Assembly: GCA_041650255.1 (NCBI GenBank)
Contig: JBAZLL010000002.1
Coordinates: forward strand, 38,932-102,931
Reading direction: 5' to 3'
Source of the DNA: Candidatus Micrarchaeia archaeon
GTDB taxonomy: Archaea; Micrarchaeota; Micrarchaeia; Anstonellales; Anstonellaceae
DNA length: 64,000 bases
The translations under genes were made by a program, and so were the position numbers. Numbering within the stretch: the stretch's first letter is position 1; every line of letters starts with the position of its first letter. Shown one piece after another: positions 48,449 through 58,385 of this stretch. The notes under the pieces were generated by a model that made no database searches, was not told the origin of the DNA, and worked only from the letters and a program-made list of their open reading frames with translations.

Positions 48449-49867
48449 ATGGGCAGGGTTATTCAGGTCAAGCCGGCATTATTCCTATTGTTTTTCCTCT
48501 GCACATTTACTCTCTCTTTTGCATTTACCGTCGAACCAGTGGATTTGCTGGTTAATGTGTATGATGCAAACGGGCATGTCGTTCCCGATGTTCACATAAT
48601 CGCCGAATACACCCAATTTGCAAATAACAGCATCTATGTCAACAATCTAAGCGGAACAACTGATATTGGCGGGCAATGGGAAACAACAATCAAATTCGCA
48701 GAAAATCTCACCCCGACCGAGTACATTTCCCTCGAAGCGTATGCGCCTTATTGGTCATCCGGCATAATACGCGCGAGAATACCCTCAAGCGGGCAAAGAA
48801 AAGTTTTTGCAAATTTTACAATTCCGTACGAATTTGAAACCTCCCGTGTGCAGGTTTTGGATTCGTCTTCAAAACCGCTAAAAGGGGCGAAAGTCCAGCT
48901 CATGAGCCCGATATTCATGGAGAAGGGAACCGGTTCAAACGGAATTGTTTTTCTAAGGTTTCCAAAAGGTCTTCCAATTAACGGATGGGTGGAATATTCC
49001 GGCTTAAAACAGGAGTTCAAATTTTCTTCTCAGGAAAATCAATCTTCTCTGCCTTTGGTGACTATTCGAGTTCCGTTCAAAAATCCAAAACCAACCGATA
49101 GTCAGGGTCGTTTTAATTGGACGGTGCAAATTTTTGATTCGAACATGAAGGCACTATCGTCGGTTCCATTCACTGTATCACAAAAAGATTATTCCTCAAA
49201 ATATATTTCCGACTCGTACGGTTTTATTTTTTTCAACGATATTCCATATGCCGAGTTAAACTTGTCTTGGTTGCTTTACGATTATCCATACACTAAATCA
49301 TTTGACGTATCCGCAAACCCGCCCGAGCGCATAGTCTCCGAACAATTACTGCAAATTCACCCGCCATCTGTAATCGGTTTGGGCGAATCTTGCTATCGCA
49401 TCGAAATAAATATCACCGACCCCCGTGTCGGGGTATTAAAACAGGTTATCGCCCGGGCTGAAGATAACAACGAAACGCTTGCTCTCTCGCTTGACCAAAA
49501 TCAGTCGTTCAACCAGACGCAAATTACATTTTATCGCATTTTCTGCGTGTCCGACGACACCAACTTTGACATCGTGGCTTCAAGTCCCTACGAAAACGCA
49601 TCTGTAAAAATCCGGCTTTTAAAAAGCAAATATGCCCCTCTTCCGCAAACAAGTGGTGTAGAAGAAGTGCCTGTTCCCCCCGAAGTTGTTGAAAGACTTG
49701 AAGAGGAGAAAAAGCTTGAGATGATAGTCATTCTCATCGAAATTCTTGTGCTTCTTGCAGTCGTATATCTTATACTGCGGTTTAACAAGTCCGCACTATA
49801 TTTCTTCCAGTCGATAATACGCTATCTTTATTCCAATCTTCAATCCGTATTTAAGAAAAAGCATTAA
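48449..49867 (+). CDS. Secreted, C-terminally anchored surface protein with repeated beta-sandwich units
   Basis: Signal peptide; three V.V.D.....P(L) units (VNVYDANG, VQVLDSSSKPL, VQIFDSNMKAL); C-terminal TM. Confidence 0.75.
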   Translation: MGRVIQVKPALFLLFFLCTFTLSFAFTVEPVDLLVNVYDANGHVVPDVHIIAEYTQFANNSIYVNNLSGTTDIGGQWETTIKFAENLTPTEYISLEAYAPYWSSGIIRARIPSSGQRKVFANFTIPYEFETSRVQVLDSSSKPLKGAKVQLMSPIFMEKGTGSNGIVFLRFPKGLPINGWVEYSGLKQEFKFSSQENQSSLPLVTIRVPFKNPKPTDSQGRFNWTVQIFDSNMKALSSVPFTVSQKDYSSKYISDSYGFIFFNDIPYAELNLSWLLYDYPYTKSFDVSANPPERIVSEQLLQIHPPSVIGLGESCYRIEINITDPRVGVLKQVIARAEDNNETLALSLDQNQSFNQTQITFYRIFCVSDDTNFDIVASSPYENASVKIRLLKSKYAPLPQTSGVEEVPVPPEVVERLEEEKKLEMIVILIEILVLLAVVYLILRFNKSALYFFQSIIRYLYSNLQSVFKKKH

Positions 49868-49933
49868 CTCGGCGTTCTCAAGCTGAAAAATCTGTAGAGA
49901 TGGTATATACATTTATATATTTTCACCTGCGTA

Positions 49934-49956
49934 AGTGTAGATATGATATTAACACT
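49934..49956. promoter_or_regulatory. Imperfect 23-bp inverted repeat, candidate operator of the chaperone operon
   Basis: AGTGTAGATAT-G-ATATTAACACT, 9 of 11 pairs Watson-Crick, about 15-35 nt downstream of ATTTATATAT (49911-20). Confidence 0.45.
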
Positions 49957-50455
49957 AGTGCGAGTACGGCGTATGCCTTCATTGGTGCTTGTTCCACAAG
50001 ATAGGCAGGACGAAGTAGGGCAACTCTGCCATTCTCTGCAAATAGTTTCGCGCAGGGATTTGGATGGCACAGTTACCACCGTTATACGTGCAATGCTGAC
50101 TTCTGCATGTGATGAACCGGTGGGAAGCAGTGAGCTTGCTTCAAAATTAAGAATCAACCGAGTCACAGTTATTCATCATTTGCAGCGGCTTGAACGCGCG
50201 GGAATAGTGCAAAAGCGCGAACGAAAATACATGCTTGCGCCTCAAGGTTTTGGCGAGTTTGTAAAAAAAATGCACGAAGAAACCGAGCAAATGTTTGAAC
50301 AGGCGCAAATGCTTGCCCAAAAGATTGACGAAGAATATTTTCCTGCGATTAGTTCCGGGGAAAAAAACGATACTTTTCAAAGATTAGATTCACAACCTCC
50401 AAATAAATCAAAAAAGAGGATTTCCAAAGTCGGCGAAAACAAGCGAAAAAGGTGA
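49943..50455 (+). CDS. Winged-HTH transcriptional regulator (ArsR-like)
   Basis: GSSELASKLRINRVTVIHHLQRLERAGIV; stop overlaps the grpE ribosome-binding site. Confidence 0.85.
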   Translation: MILTLVRVRRMPSLVLVPQDRQDEVGQLCHSLQIVSRRDLDGTVTTVIRAMLTSACDEPVGSSELASKLRINRVTVIHHLQRLERAGIVQKRERKYMLAPQGFGEFVKKMHEETEQMFEQAQMLAQKIDEEYFPAISSGEKNDTFQRLDSQPPNKSKKRISKVGENKRKR

Positions 50456-50460
50456 GGCAA

Positions 50461-51108
50461 ATGGGCGAAAACACAAACGACGATACCGGCAAAAACAAAT
50501 GCCGCGGGAATGAAAAATGCAAATGTAATTGTAATGAAAAAAACTGCAACTGTGAATGCACATGCAAAGACAGTCAAGACAAAAATTGTAATTGTGGGAA
50601 TGAAAAATGCGAAGAATACAAAAACGACCTCAAGCGATTGGCTGCGGAATTTGATAATTACAAAAAGAGGGTTGAAAAAGAAAAACAACAAACTCGCATG
50701 GATGCGCAGGCAAACGCACTCGCGCCATTTTTGGATATGAATGATGCATTTGAAACCGCTCTTTTGCACATAAACAAAAAAAATGCAACCGGCGCAGATG
50801 CAAACGGTGTAAAAGTTTATGAAGACGGAATAAAACTTTTGCACAAAAAACTGCATTCAACTTTGCAGTCTTTTGGGGTAAAAGAAATCGCCTGCAAAGG
50901 AATTGCAAATCATCTGTATCATGAGGTAATGCTTCAGGTTCCGGGGGAGCCTGCAGGTGAAATCGCGCAAATATTGCGCAAGGGATACACAATGGGAGAT
51001 TATGTTCTTCGTCCGGCGCAAGTGAGCGTGTTTGCGGGAATATCAAAAGAGGAAAAATCCGCAGAAAACAAAACAGAAAAGTCCGGCGGTCAAAATGAGG
51101 AAAAATAA
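50461..51108 (+). CDS. grpE: Nucleotide exchange factor GrpE with Cys-rich N-terminus
   Basis: LKRLAAEFDNYKKR, YHEV, LRKGY.MGDYVLRPAQV. Confidence 0.94.
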   Translation: MGENTNDDTGKNKCRGNEKCKCNCNEKNCNCECTCKDSQDKNCNCGNEKCEEYKNDLKRLAAEFDNYKKRVEKEKQQTRMDAQANALAPFLDMNDAFETALLHINKKNATGADANGVKVYEDGIKLLHKKLHSTLQSFGVKEIACKGIANHLYHEVMLQVPGEPAGEIAQILRKGYTMGDYVLRPAQVSVFAGISKEEKSAENKTEKSGGQNEEK

Positions 51109-51182
51109 AATAATAAAATGAAAAAATAAAATATTGAAAAGAAAAAATAAATCGAAAAGTTATGTTTCTAGAGGTGTTATAT

Positions 51183-53072
51183 ATGACAAATGAAAAAATA
51201 ATCGGAATAGATTTGGGCACAAGCAATTCGGCGGCAGCCGTATTGGAAGGTGGCAGACCTGTAATTATTCCTTCAGCTGAAGGCGCAAGCTTGTACGGAA
51301 AGGCATTTCCATCTTATGTTGCTTTTACAAAAGACGGGCAAAGGCTCGTCGGTGAGCCGGCAAGAAGGCAGGCAGTCTCAAATACGGATGGTACTGCTGC
51401 TGCATTCAAGCGCAAGATGGGTTCAAATTTCAAATTCAAATTGCAGGGCAAAGAATACAAGCCTCAGGAGCTTTCCGCAATGCTTTTGGCAAAAATAAAA
51501 TCAGACGCAGAAAGTTTTCTTGGCGTGCCGATAAAAAAAGCGGTAATTACTGTTCCCGCATATTTTGACGACAATCAGAGACAGGCAACAAAAGACGCCG
51601 GAGAAATCGCCGGTCTTGAAGTTGTAAGGCTTGTAAATGAGCCGACTGCCGCATCAATGGCATATGGGCTTGACAAAGCGAAAGAAGACCAGCGCATTTT
51701 GGTGTTTGATTTGGGCGGTGGCACACTTGACGTTACAATAATGGATTTCGGTGGCGGAGTGTTTGAGGTAAAATCAACTTCCGGAGACACCCAGCTTGGT
51801 GGCACGGATATGGACAACGCCATTGTTGATTATCTTGTAGGCGTGTTTCTTCACGAGAGCGGAATAAATATTCAAAGCGACAAGATGGCAATGCAGAGAG
51901 TGCGCGAGGCGGCCGAAAAAGCAAAAATTGAGCTGTCCACAACACTTGAGTCCGATATCAATTTGCCATTTTTGTCCGCGAACAAGGAAGGTCCGAGGCA
52001 TTTTACTCACAAATTAACGCGTGCAAAACTTGAGGAAATAATTGACCCGATTGTGCAACGCTGTTCACAGCCTGTGAAGAATGCGCTTGCGGATGCGAAA
52101 ATGACTGCAAGCAATATTCACAAGGTTATTCTCGTCGGCGGTCCTACACGAATGCCAATCGTGCAAAAATTTGTGGAAGGAATGCTCGGCAAAAAAGTTG
52201 AGCGCGGTGTGGACCCAATGGAGTGTGTTGCTCTTGGTGCAGCGGTACAGGCAGGAGTTCTTGCAGGCGAAGTAAAAGATGTTCTTTTGCTTGATGTAAC
52301 TCCGCTTTCTTTAGGAATTGAAACACTGGGCGGGCTTTTCACAAAGCTTATTGAGCGAAATACAACTATTCCGGTGAAAAAATCGCAAGTGTTCTCAACT
52401 GCGGCAGACAATCAATCTTCCGTAGAAATCCGTGTTCTTCAAGGCGAGCGGGCAATGGCTGGCGACAATGTTGAGCTTGGGCGCTTCCAGCTTATCGGAA
52501 TTCCGCCAGCATCGCGTGGAGTTCCTCAAATAGAAGTTGCATTTGACATAGATGCAAACGGAATTTTGCATGTATCCGCAACCGATAAGGGAACCGGAAA
52601 AGAGCAAAAAATGCGCATAACCGCTCCAAACAAAATGGATAAAACCGAAATTGAGAATAAAATGCGAGATGCCGAAAAGTATGCGGAAGAAGACAAAAAG
52701 AAGCGCGAGGAAGCAGAAACCCTAAACGAGGGAGAAATGACTCTTTACTCGACGGAGAAAACCCTTCAAGAGTTCGGCTCAAAAATTTCTTCGGAGCTAA
52801 AAGGTAAGATTGAGGAAAAACTCAAAGCGCTTAAAGATGCGTCTTCCAAAAAGGATGTATCAAAAGTAAAATCCGCACTTGATGAGCTCAAGCCTATTCT
52901 TTCTAAAATCGGGGAAGAAATATACAAGCAAGGCGGTGCATCGGGCGCTCAACCAAATTCCTCAACAGGCGGAGCCGATGGCTCCTCCTCTTCTGCAGGA
53001 AATGATTCCGGTGCGGGTGCAGGTTCGGGCTCAAACGATGAGCCGATAGATGCGAACTTCAAGAAAAAATAA
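51183..53072 (+). CDS. dnaK: Chaperone DnaK
   Basis: [38 protein letters not shown]; start 51183 after GAGGTG. Confidence 0.98.
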   Translation: MTNEKIIGIDLGTSNSAAAVLEGGRPVIIPSAEGASLYGKAFPSYVAFTKDGQRLVGEPARRQAVSNTDGTAAAFKRKMGSNFKFKLQGKEYKPQELSAMLLAKIKSDAESFLGVPIKKAVITVPAYFDDNQRQATKDAGEIAGLEVVRLVNEPTAASMAYGLDKAKEDQRILVFDLGGGTLDVTIMDFGGGVFEVKSTSGDTQLGGTDMDNAIVDYLVGVFLHESGINIQSDKMAMQRVREAAEKAKIELSTTLESDINLPFLSANKEGPRHFTHKLTRAKLEEIIDPIVQRCSQPVKNALADAKMTASNIHKVILVGGPTRMPIVQKFVEGMLGKKVERGVDPMECVALGAAVQAGVLAGEVKDVLLLDVTPLSLGIETLGGLFTKLIERNTTIPVKKSQVFSTAADNQSSVEIRVLQGERAMAGDNVELGRFQLIGIPPASRGVPQIEVAFDIDANGILHVSATDKGTGKEQKMRITAPNKMDKTEIENKMRDAEKYAEEDKKKREEAETLNEGEMTLYSTEKTLQEFGSKISSELKGKIEEKLKALKDASSKKDVSKVKSALDELKPILSKIGEEIYKQGGASGAQPNSSTGGADGSSSSAGNDSGAGAGSGSNDEPIDANFKKK

Positions 53073-53129
53073 AACGAAAAGCCAAAAGCAAAAATAATTT
53101 GAAAAACTCAAGGAACCGAGGTTAATTAA

Positions 53130-54254
53130 GTGCCAACCAAACGTGACTATTACGAAATATTGGGCGTTGCGCGAACCGCTCCAGTGGATGAAATAAAAAA
53201 AGCCTATCGAAAGCTTGCGCTTCAATTCCATCCGGACAAAAACAAGGATAGTGGAGCGGAAGACAAATTCAAGGAAATATCCGAAGCGTATGCCGCCCTC
53301 TCCGACCCGCAGAAAAGGGAAATATACGACAAATACGGGCACGCAGGATTTGACCAGCGTTTCTCGGAAGAAGACATTTTCCGCGGGGCAAACTTTGAGG
53401 ATATTTTCCGCTCAATGGGAATGGAATATGGCGAGTCATCTTTTGGCGATTCAATCTTTGGGAATATATTTGGCTCAATGTTCGGTGCAGGTGCAAGAAG
53501 CGGGCGCGGCTCAAATTTGGCTGTGGAAATAGAAATATCACTGCATGACGCATACACCGGAACCGAGAAAACAATAAAACTTCAAAGAAATGCAGAATGC
53601 GAAAAGTGTTCCGGCACCGGACTTGCCCCCGGCTCAAGAATGCAAAGATGCAGAACTTGCGGCGGGCAAGGACAAGTACAGCACGTGCAATCATTGGGCG
53701 GCTTCGGAAGATTTGCAACCGTCACAACCTGTCCAAAATGCAAAGGTGCGGGCGAATCTCCCGAAAAAGAATGTCCTTCATGCAACGGCGCACGCGCGCA
53801 AAGGCGGGAAGAAAAAATTGATGTGCAGGTGCCCGCCGGAGTAAGCACCGGCTCAAGGCTTCGGCTTTCAGGGCTCGGTGAATGGGGCCCGCAGGGATAT
53901 GGCGATTTATTCGTTATTCTAAATGTTTCGCAAGACGAACGCTTTAAGCGCGAAGAAGATGATCTGTACACCGATGTAAAAATAAGTTTTGCAACTGCCG
54001 CTCTCGGCGGGAAAATTTCTGTTCAATCAATGTCTAATGTTAATGAAGTAGATGTTCCTGCGGGAACTCAATCACACACACTTTTGCGCCTTAAAGGAGA
54101 GGGTATGCCTCATGTGCACGGTTCGGGCAAAGGTGATTTATTTGTGCGCGTAATAATAGATGTACCAAAAAAACTCAGCGCCAAACAAAAAGAGCTTTTG
54201 CACGAGTTTGAGGGAAAGAGTGAAAAGACCGGCAAAGGATGGTTTGCACTCTAA
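53130..54254 (+). CDS. dnaJ: Chaperone DnaJ
   Basis: J domain HPD, G/F region, four CxxCxGxG-type motifs. Confidence 0.98.
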   Translation: MPTKRDYYEILGVARTAPVDEIKKAYRKLALQFHPDKNKDSGAEDKFKEISEAYAALSDPQKREIYDKYGHAGFDQRFSEEDIFRGANFEDIFRSMGMEYGESSFGDSIFGNIFGSMFGAGARSGRGSNLAVEIEISLHDAYTGTEKTIKLQRNAECEKCSGTGLAPGSRMQRCRTCGGQGQVQHVQSLGGFGRFATVTTCPKCKGAGESPEKECPSCNGARAQRREEKIDVQVPAGVSTGSRLRLSGLGEWGPQGYGDLFVILNVSQDERFKREEDDLYTDVKISFATAALGGKISVQSMSNVNEVDVPAGTQSHTLLRLKGEGMPHVHGSGKGDLFVRVIIDVPKKLSAKQKELLHEFEGKSEKTGKGWFAL

Positions 54255-54260
54255 GTATAT

Positions 54261-55280
54261 TTGCAGGGTAATCAAATGAAATTAAAACCAATTGACGAAT
54301 GGATGGAAGAGAAAAATACTGCATATTACAAATCTCCCTCCACGAAAATATATGATGACTTTTCCACTTATGCGCAATCCGAAAAAGGAATGCTTGCGCG
54401 GGCAAATGCGCAAGCTTTTTGCAAATGGGCATCGGAAAATAAAAAAAACAAATACAATATATTGGAAACCGGTGTCGGAAACGGGGCATTTGCCTATGCT
54501 TTTTTAGACGAGATAAGAAAAATTGACGGCAAAAGCAAGGAAAAAATTCTCAACAAAATCAATTACACTTTGGCGGATTTTTCGGCCCCGATGCTTGAAA
54601 AAGCAAAACTTCAGAATGCGGCGTTTAAAAAATTCTGCAATATCAATGCAGTTTTATTTGATGCGTCTCTTTCAGACGCATTAAAATCCGGAGAGATTTC
54701 AGAGGATACAAAAAAGCTTGGCACTTATGATTATATTCGATGCAACGAACTTTTCTCGGATTTGCCGGCTAAACTGTATGCAAATATTGATGGTGAAATA
54801 TCACAAGTGCTTATGGATGACAAAATGCAGGCGGAGCTTGAGCCTCTTAGTTCCTCTTTGGATGATATTGAGGCAAAGATGATTCTCTCATTACCGGAAA
54901 ATTATTTTATACCGATAAATCGCATCGCCGTAAATTCGTGTGCATTTTTCTCAAGTTTGCTCAATGAAAATGCCTGTATGGATGTATTTGATTATGGATT
55001 TTATTTCAATTCGGATTTTGTCATCCCGCCAGATATGTGGAACATGTCAATCGTGCGCGAATACGGCGGGCAATGGACAATTGACTTGAATTTTATTTAT
55101 CTGTCCTTAACCCTTTCCTCGCTTGGAAAAAATATCAAAATAGAGCGCCAGAAAGATTATGTGCAAAATGTTATTGGCAAAAAACTTTCCATTAGTGACG
55201 ATTCGGGATTGGACTATGAAGAGACGGACGGGGAATTTGAGGAAGACGACTCATTCTATCATATGCAAATAAAAAATTAG
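54261..55280 (+). CDS. SAM-dependent methyltransferase, MidA/NDUFAF7-like
   Basis: ILETGVGNG, NELFSDLP, DYG. Confidence 0.75.
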   Translation: MQGNQMKLKPIDEWMEEKNTAYYKSPSTKIYDDFSTYAQSEKGMLARANAQAFCKWASENKKNKYNILETGVGNGAFAYAFLDEIRKIDGKSKEKILNKINYTLADFSAPMLEKAKLQNAAFKKFCNINAVLFDASLSDALKSGEISEDTKKLGTYDYIRCNELFSDLPAKLYANIDGEISQVLMDDKMQAELEPLSSSLDDIEAKMILSLPENYFIPINRIAVNSCAFFSSLLNENACMDVFDYGFYFNSDFVIPPDMWNMSIVREYGGQWTIDLNFIYLSLTLSSLGKNIKIERQKDYVQNVIGKKLSISDDSGLDYEETDGEFEEDDSFYHMQIKN

Positions 55281-55303
55281 GGCTGAGAAATAAAAAATCC
55301 GAA

Positions 55304-56356
55304 TTGGGAAATTCATACAATTTGGTTTATATTTCATCCCTTCATTCTCATTTTATGGATATTTTCAAAAAATGCAATTGTGCCCTTCTCTTCAGCGATG
55401 ATCCGTATAGTGGGGTGGATGCCAATTTTTACAAGCATTCAAATTGCGAAATTGATAATTCAATTCTTCTCTTATGCAATGGAAAAAAACTTCTTATTGC
55501 AAATAAAATGAATGAACGGGAGGCAAGGCAAAAATGCAAATTCGCGGTCAAATCCCTCTTTTCGCGCGATGTCCCCGCTTTTCTAAAAAAGAAAATATCA
55601 AAAACCGCGAAAATAGGACTGGATTTCGAGGCAATCTCATCTGCAAGATATTTCAGGCTAAAAAAAATATTCGGTCCCCGCCTTGTGGATATAAGTGAAG
55701 AGCTTGAGCAGATGCGACTGCAAAAAACGCAAGAAGAAATATCAAATTTAAAAACGGCGGTAAAAATTGCAAAAACAATTCTGAACGGGCTTAAGCTCTC
55801 GCCTTCAATGAGCGAGCTTGACGTGCAAAAATCACTTCACATCGCCTGCCTGCAAAAAGGCGTGGAGTTCTCTTTTCCTCCAATCATCGCATCCGGCAAA
55901 AACTCCGCAAATCCGCATCATAAGCCTTGTGCAAAAAAGCTCGGAAATGGTATCGTGCTAATTGATTTCGGGGTAAAATACAAAGGCTATTGCTCCGATT
56001 TGAGCCGGTGTTTCTTTTTGGGAGAATGCAAAAAAGAGAAAGAAAAATATGCACAGGCAAAGTTGATATTTTCAAAATTAGTAGATTCATTTTCGTCTGT
56101 TCGGACAATCGGGCAAGTTGCCCAAATCGGGGATATGGAATGCAAAAAACTTGGCTGGCCGCCGATGATTCATTCATTCGGGCACGGAATAGGGATCAAA
56201 GTGCACGATGCCCCCCCTTTATACTCAAAATCAAAGCAAATGATTTTGCCAAATATGGCTCTTGCAATAGAGCCTGGCTATTATTGCAATCAATTCGGGG
56301 TTCGTTTTGAAGACAATATCTTAATTGGAAAGAAAGGGGCAAAACTATTGCAGTAA
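55304..56356 (+). CDS. Xaa-Pro peptidase (M24)
   Basis: LIDFG....GYCSDLSR, HSFGHGIG..VHD, IEPG.Y, GVRFED. Confidence 0.93.
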   Translation: MGNSYNLVYISSLHSHFMDIFKKCNCALLFSDDPYSGVDANFYKHSNCEIDNSILLLCNGKKLLIANKMNEREARQKCKFAVKSLFSRDVPAFLKKKISKTAKIGLDFEAISSARYFRLKKIFGPRLVDISEELEQMRLQKTQEEISNLKTAVKIAKTILNGLKLSPSMSELDVQKSLHIACLQKGVEFSFPPIIASGKNSANPHHKPCAKKLGNGIVLIDFGVKYKGYCSDLSRCFFLGECKKEKEKYAQAKLIFSKLVDSFSSVRTIGQVAQIGDMECKKLGWPPMIHSFGHGIGIKVHDAPPLYSKSKQMILPNMALAIEPGYYCNQFGVRFEDNILIGKKGAKLLQ

Positions 56357-56528
56357 AATAGGCTAATCGCTCGTTTGTTTCTGATTTTTTCAAATTCAAG
56401 CCCTTTTTGCTTTTGTTTCTTCACATGGTAAAAATGCGCCCGCTCATCAGAATATATATAAATACCCCTGCACATATGTTATTCAAGTATTTCTCTCTTA
56501 GAGTAATATCTACAACGAGGTTGAATTT

Positions 56529-56939
56529 ATGAAATTGGTTATTGGCGACCCGGCATCCGGGAAGTCTTATACTGCCGAAGTTCCAAAGGGAAGCGAAGGG
56601 CTTCTAATCGGAAAAAAGGTGGGTGACTCATTCGAGGCAGGCGCGTTTGGTGCGGCAGGTTACACGCTTAAAATTACTGGCGGCTCCGACATGTCGGGCT
56701 TTCCCATGCGCCACGATATCGACGGTCCAAGAAGGGCAAAGGTTCTTTTGTCTCAAGGTCCGGGATTCAACTCAACGCAAAAAGGCGAGAGGCAAAGGCG
56801 CGTTGTAAGGGGAAAAATCATTTCAGATCAAATTGAACAGATTAATTGCAAAGTTGAAACAGCAGGCCCGAAACCTCTTAATGAACTTTTTGTGAAGAAA
56901 GAAGGAGAAGGAAAAAAGAAAGAGGAAGGCAAAAAGTAA
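56529..56939 (+). CDS. rps6e: 30S ribosomal protein S6e
   Basis: LIGKKVGD, KITGGSDMSGFPMR, GERQRRVVRG, QINCKV. Confidence 0.96.
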   Translation: MKLVIGDPASGKSYTAEVPKGSEGLLIGKKVGDSFEAGAFGAAGYTLKITGGSDMSGFPMRHDIDGPRRAKVLLSQGPGFNSTQKGERQRRVVRGKIISDQIEQINCKVETAGPKPLNELFVKKEGEGKKKEEGKK

Positions 56940-56954
56940 TGGGGTTTCATCACA

Positions 56955-58154
56955 ATGCAGTCTGAAATTAACATCGGTTTGGTAGGCCATGTGGACCATG
57001 GCAAGACTTCGCTCACACGGGCTCTAAGTGGAAAATGGACAGACACCCACTCCGAGGAACTCAAACGCGGCATCACGATTCACGTCGGGTACGCGGACAC
57101 TGCTTTTTACAAAAACAAAAAAACCGGAAAATATCTGCCGGAGCATAAAATTCCCGCCGAGGAAAAAGAGGATTACGTCCTTTCGCGCCGGGTTTCTTTT
57201 CTTGATGCACCGGGGCACGAAACGCTTATGGCGACAATGATTTCCGCCGCAAGCATAACCGATGCCGCCCTTCTTATAGTCGCGGCAAACGAGCCATGCC
57301 CGCAGGCGCAAACAATTGAGCACATGATGGTGCTTGATATTCTCGGAATAAAAAATGTCATAATCGTGCAAAATAAAATAGACCTTGTAACCGAGGAACA
57401 GGCGATAAAGCATTATGAGCAAATAAAAAAATTCCTCAAAGGCACCGTTGCAGAAAATGCGCCGGTAATTCCCGTTTCCGCAAATTACAATTCAAATATA
57501 GATTCGCTTATAGCGGCGATTGAAGAAGTATTCGTAACTCCCAAAAGGGATTTGGATTCGCCGCCAAAAATGTATGTTGCCCGCTCGTTTGACATAAATC
57601 GCCCTGGGCAGGCAATTGAGAAACTCAATGGCGGCGTGCTTGGCGGTTCGTTAATATGCGGGAGAATAAAAAAAGGCGACAAGCTTTCTTTGCGCCCCGG
57701 ACTTTTGAAAAAAGTAAAAGACAAAGACGTTTTCATTCCTGTTGATATTGAAGTGGTCAGCTTAAACAGCGAGCGCGGTCCGATTGAGGAAGCTATTCCC
57801 GGCGGATTAATCGGAGTCGGCACAAAACTCGATCCTGCAATTGTAAAAAGTGATTTGCTTGTCGGACAAATTCTTGGAAAGGATGGTCATTTGGGCGAGC
57901 TTTTGAGCGAGCCAAACATTGAATACATGCTCATTAAACGAGAAGGATTCGACAATTCGCCGCTTAAGATGGGCGAGCCGCTTGTGATATCTGTTGGAAC
58001 CGCAACTTCCATCGGCTCGGTCGTAAAACTCAAGGGCAAGAGCCTTTCCATAAGGCTTAAGCGCGCAATATATGCCGACAAGGGAACAAAGGTTGCCCTA
58101 TCGCGCAGAATCGGGCAGAGATGGCGCCTTTCTTGTTACGGAACAATACAATAA
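56955..58154 (+). CDS. eif2g: Translation initiation factor 2 gamma subunit
   Basis: NIGLVGHVDHGKT, EELKRGITI, DAPGHETLM, QNKID, RSFDINRPG. Confidence 0.97.
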   Translation: MQSEINIGLVGHVDHGKTSLTRALSGKWTDTHSEELKRGITIHVGYADTAFYKNKKTGKYLPEHKIPAEEKEDYVLSRRVSFLDAPGHETLMATMISAASITDAALLIVAANEPCPQAQTIEHMMVLDILGIKNVIIVQNKIDLVTEEQAIKHYEQIKKFLKGTVAENAPVIPVSANYNSNIDSLIAAIEEVFVTPKRDLDSPPKMYVARSFDINRPGQAIEKLNGGVLGGSLICGRIKKGDKLSLRPGLLKKVKDKDVFIPVDIEVVSLNSERGPIEEAIPGGLIGVGTKLDPAIVKSDLLVGQILGKDGHLGELLSEPNIEYMLIKREGFDNSPLKMGEPLVISVGTATSIGSVVKLKGKSLSIRLKRAIYADKGTKVALSRRIGQRWRLSCYGTIQ

Positions 58155-58242
58155 GCCTATTTTTTATCCATTATTATTTGGTTTTCTAATTTTGGCAGAT
58201 TTAGCAGAATGAAGTCAATCAAACAAGATTTTCAAAATAAAA

Positions 58243-58297
58243 GAGCCTGAAAAACAAAAAAAGCCTGAAAAAATAAAAAAGCCTGAAAAAAATAAAA
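58243..58297. repeat. 18-bp period tandem repeat x3
   Basis: GCCTGAAAAA at 58245, 58263, 58281. Confidence 0.85.
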
Positions 58298-58385
58298 GAA
58301 GTTTGGCAAAACAAAAAACACGGCTTAGGTTTCTTGCCGTATTTTTGCATTCATTTGTCTTGCCAACTTTGTTTTGTTGTGCACT

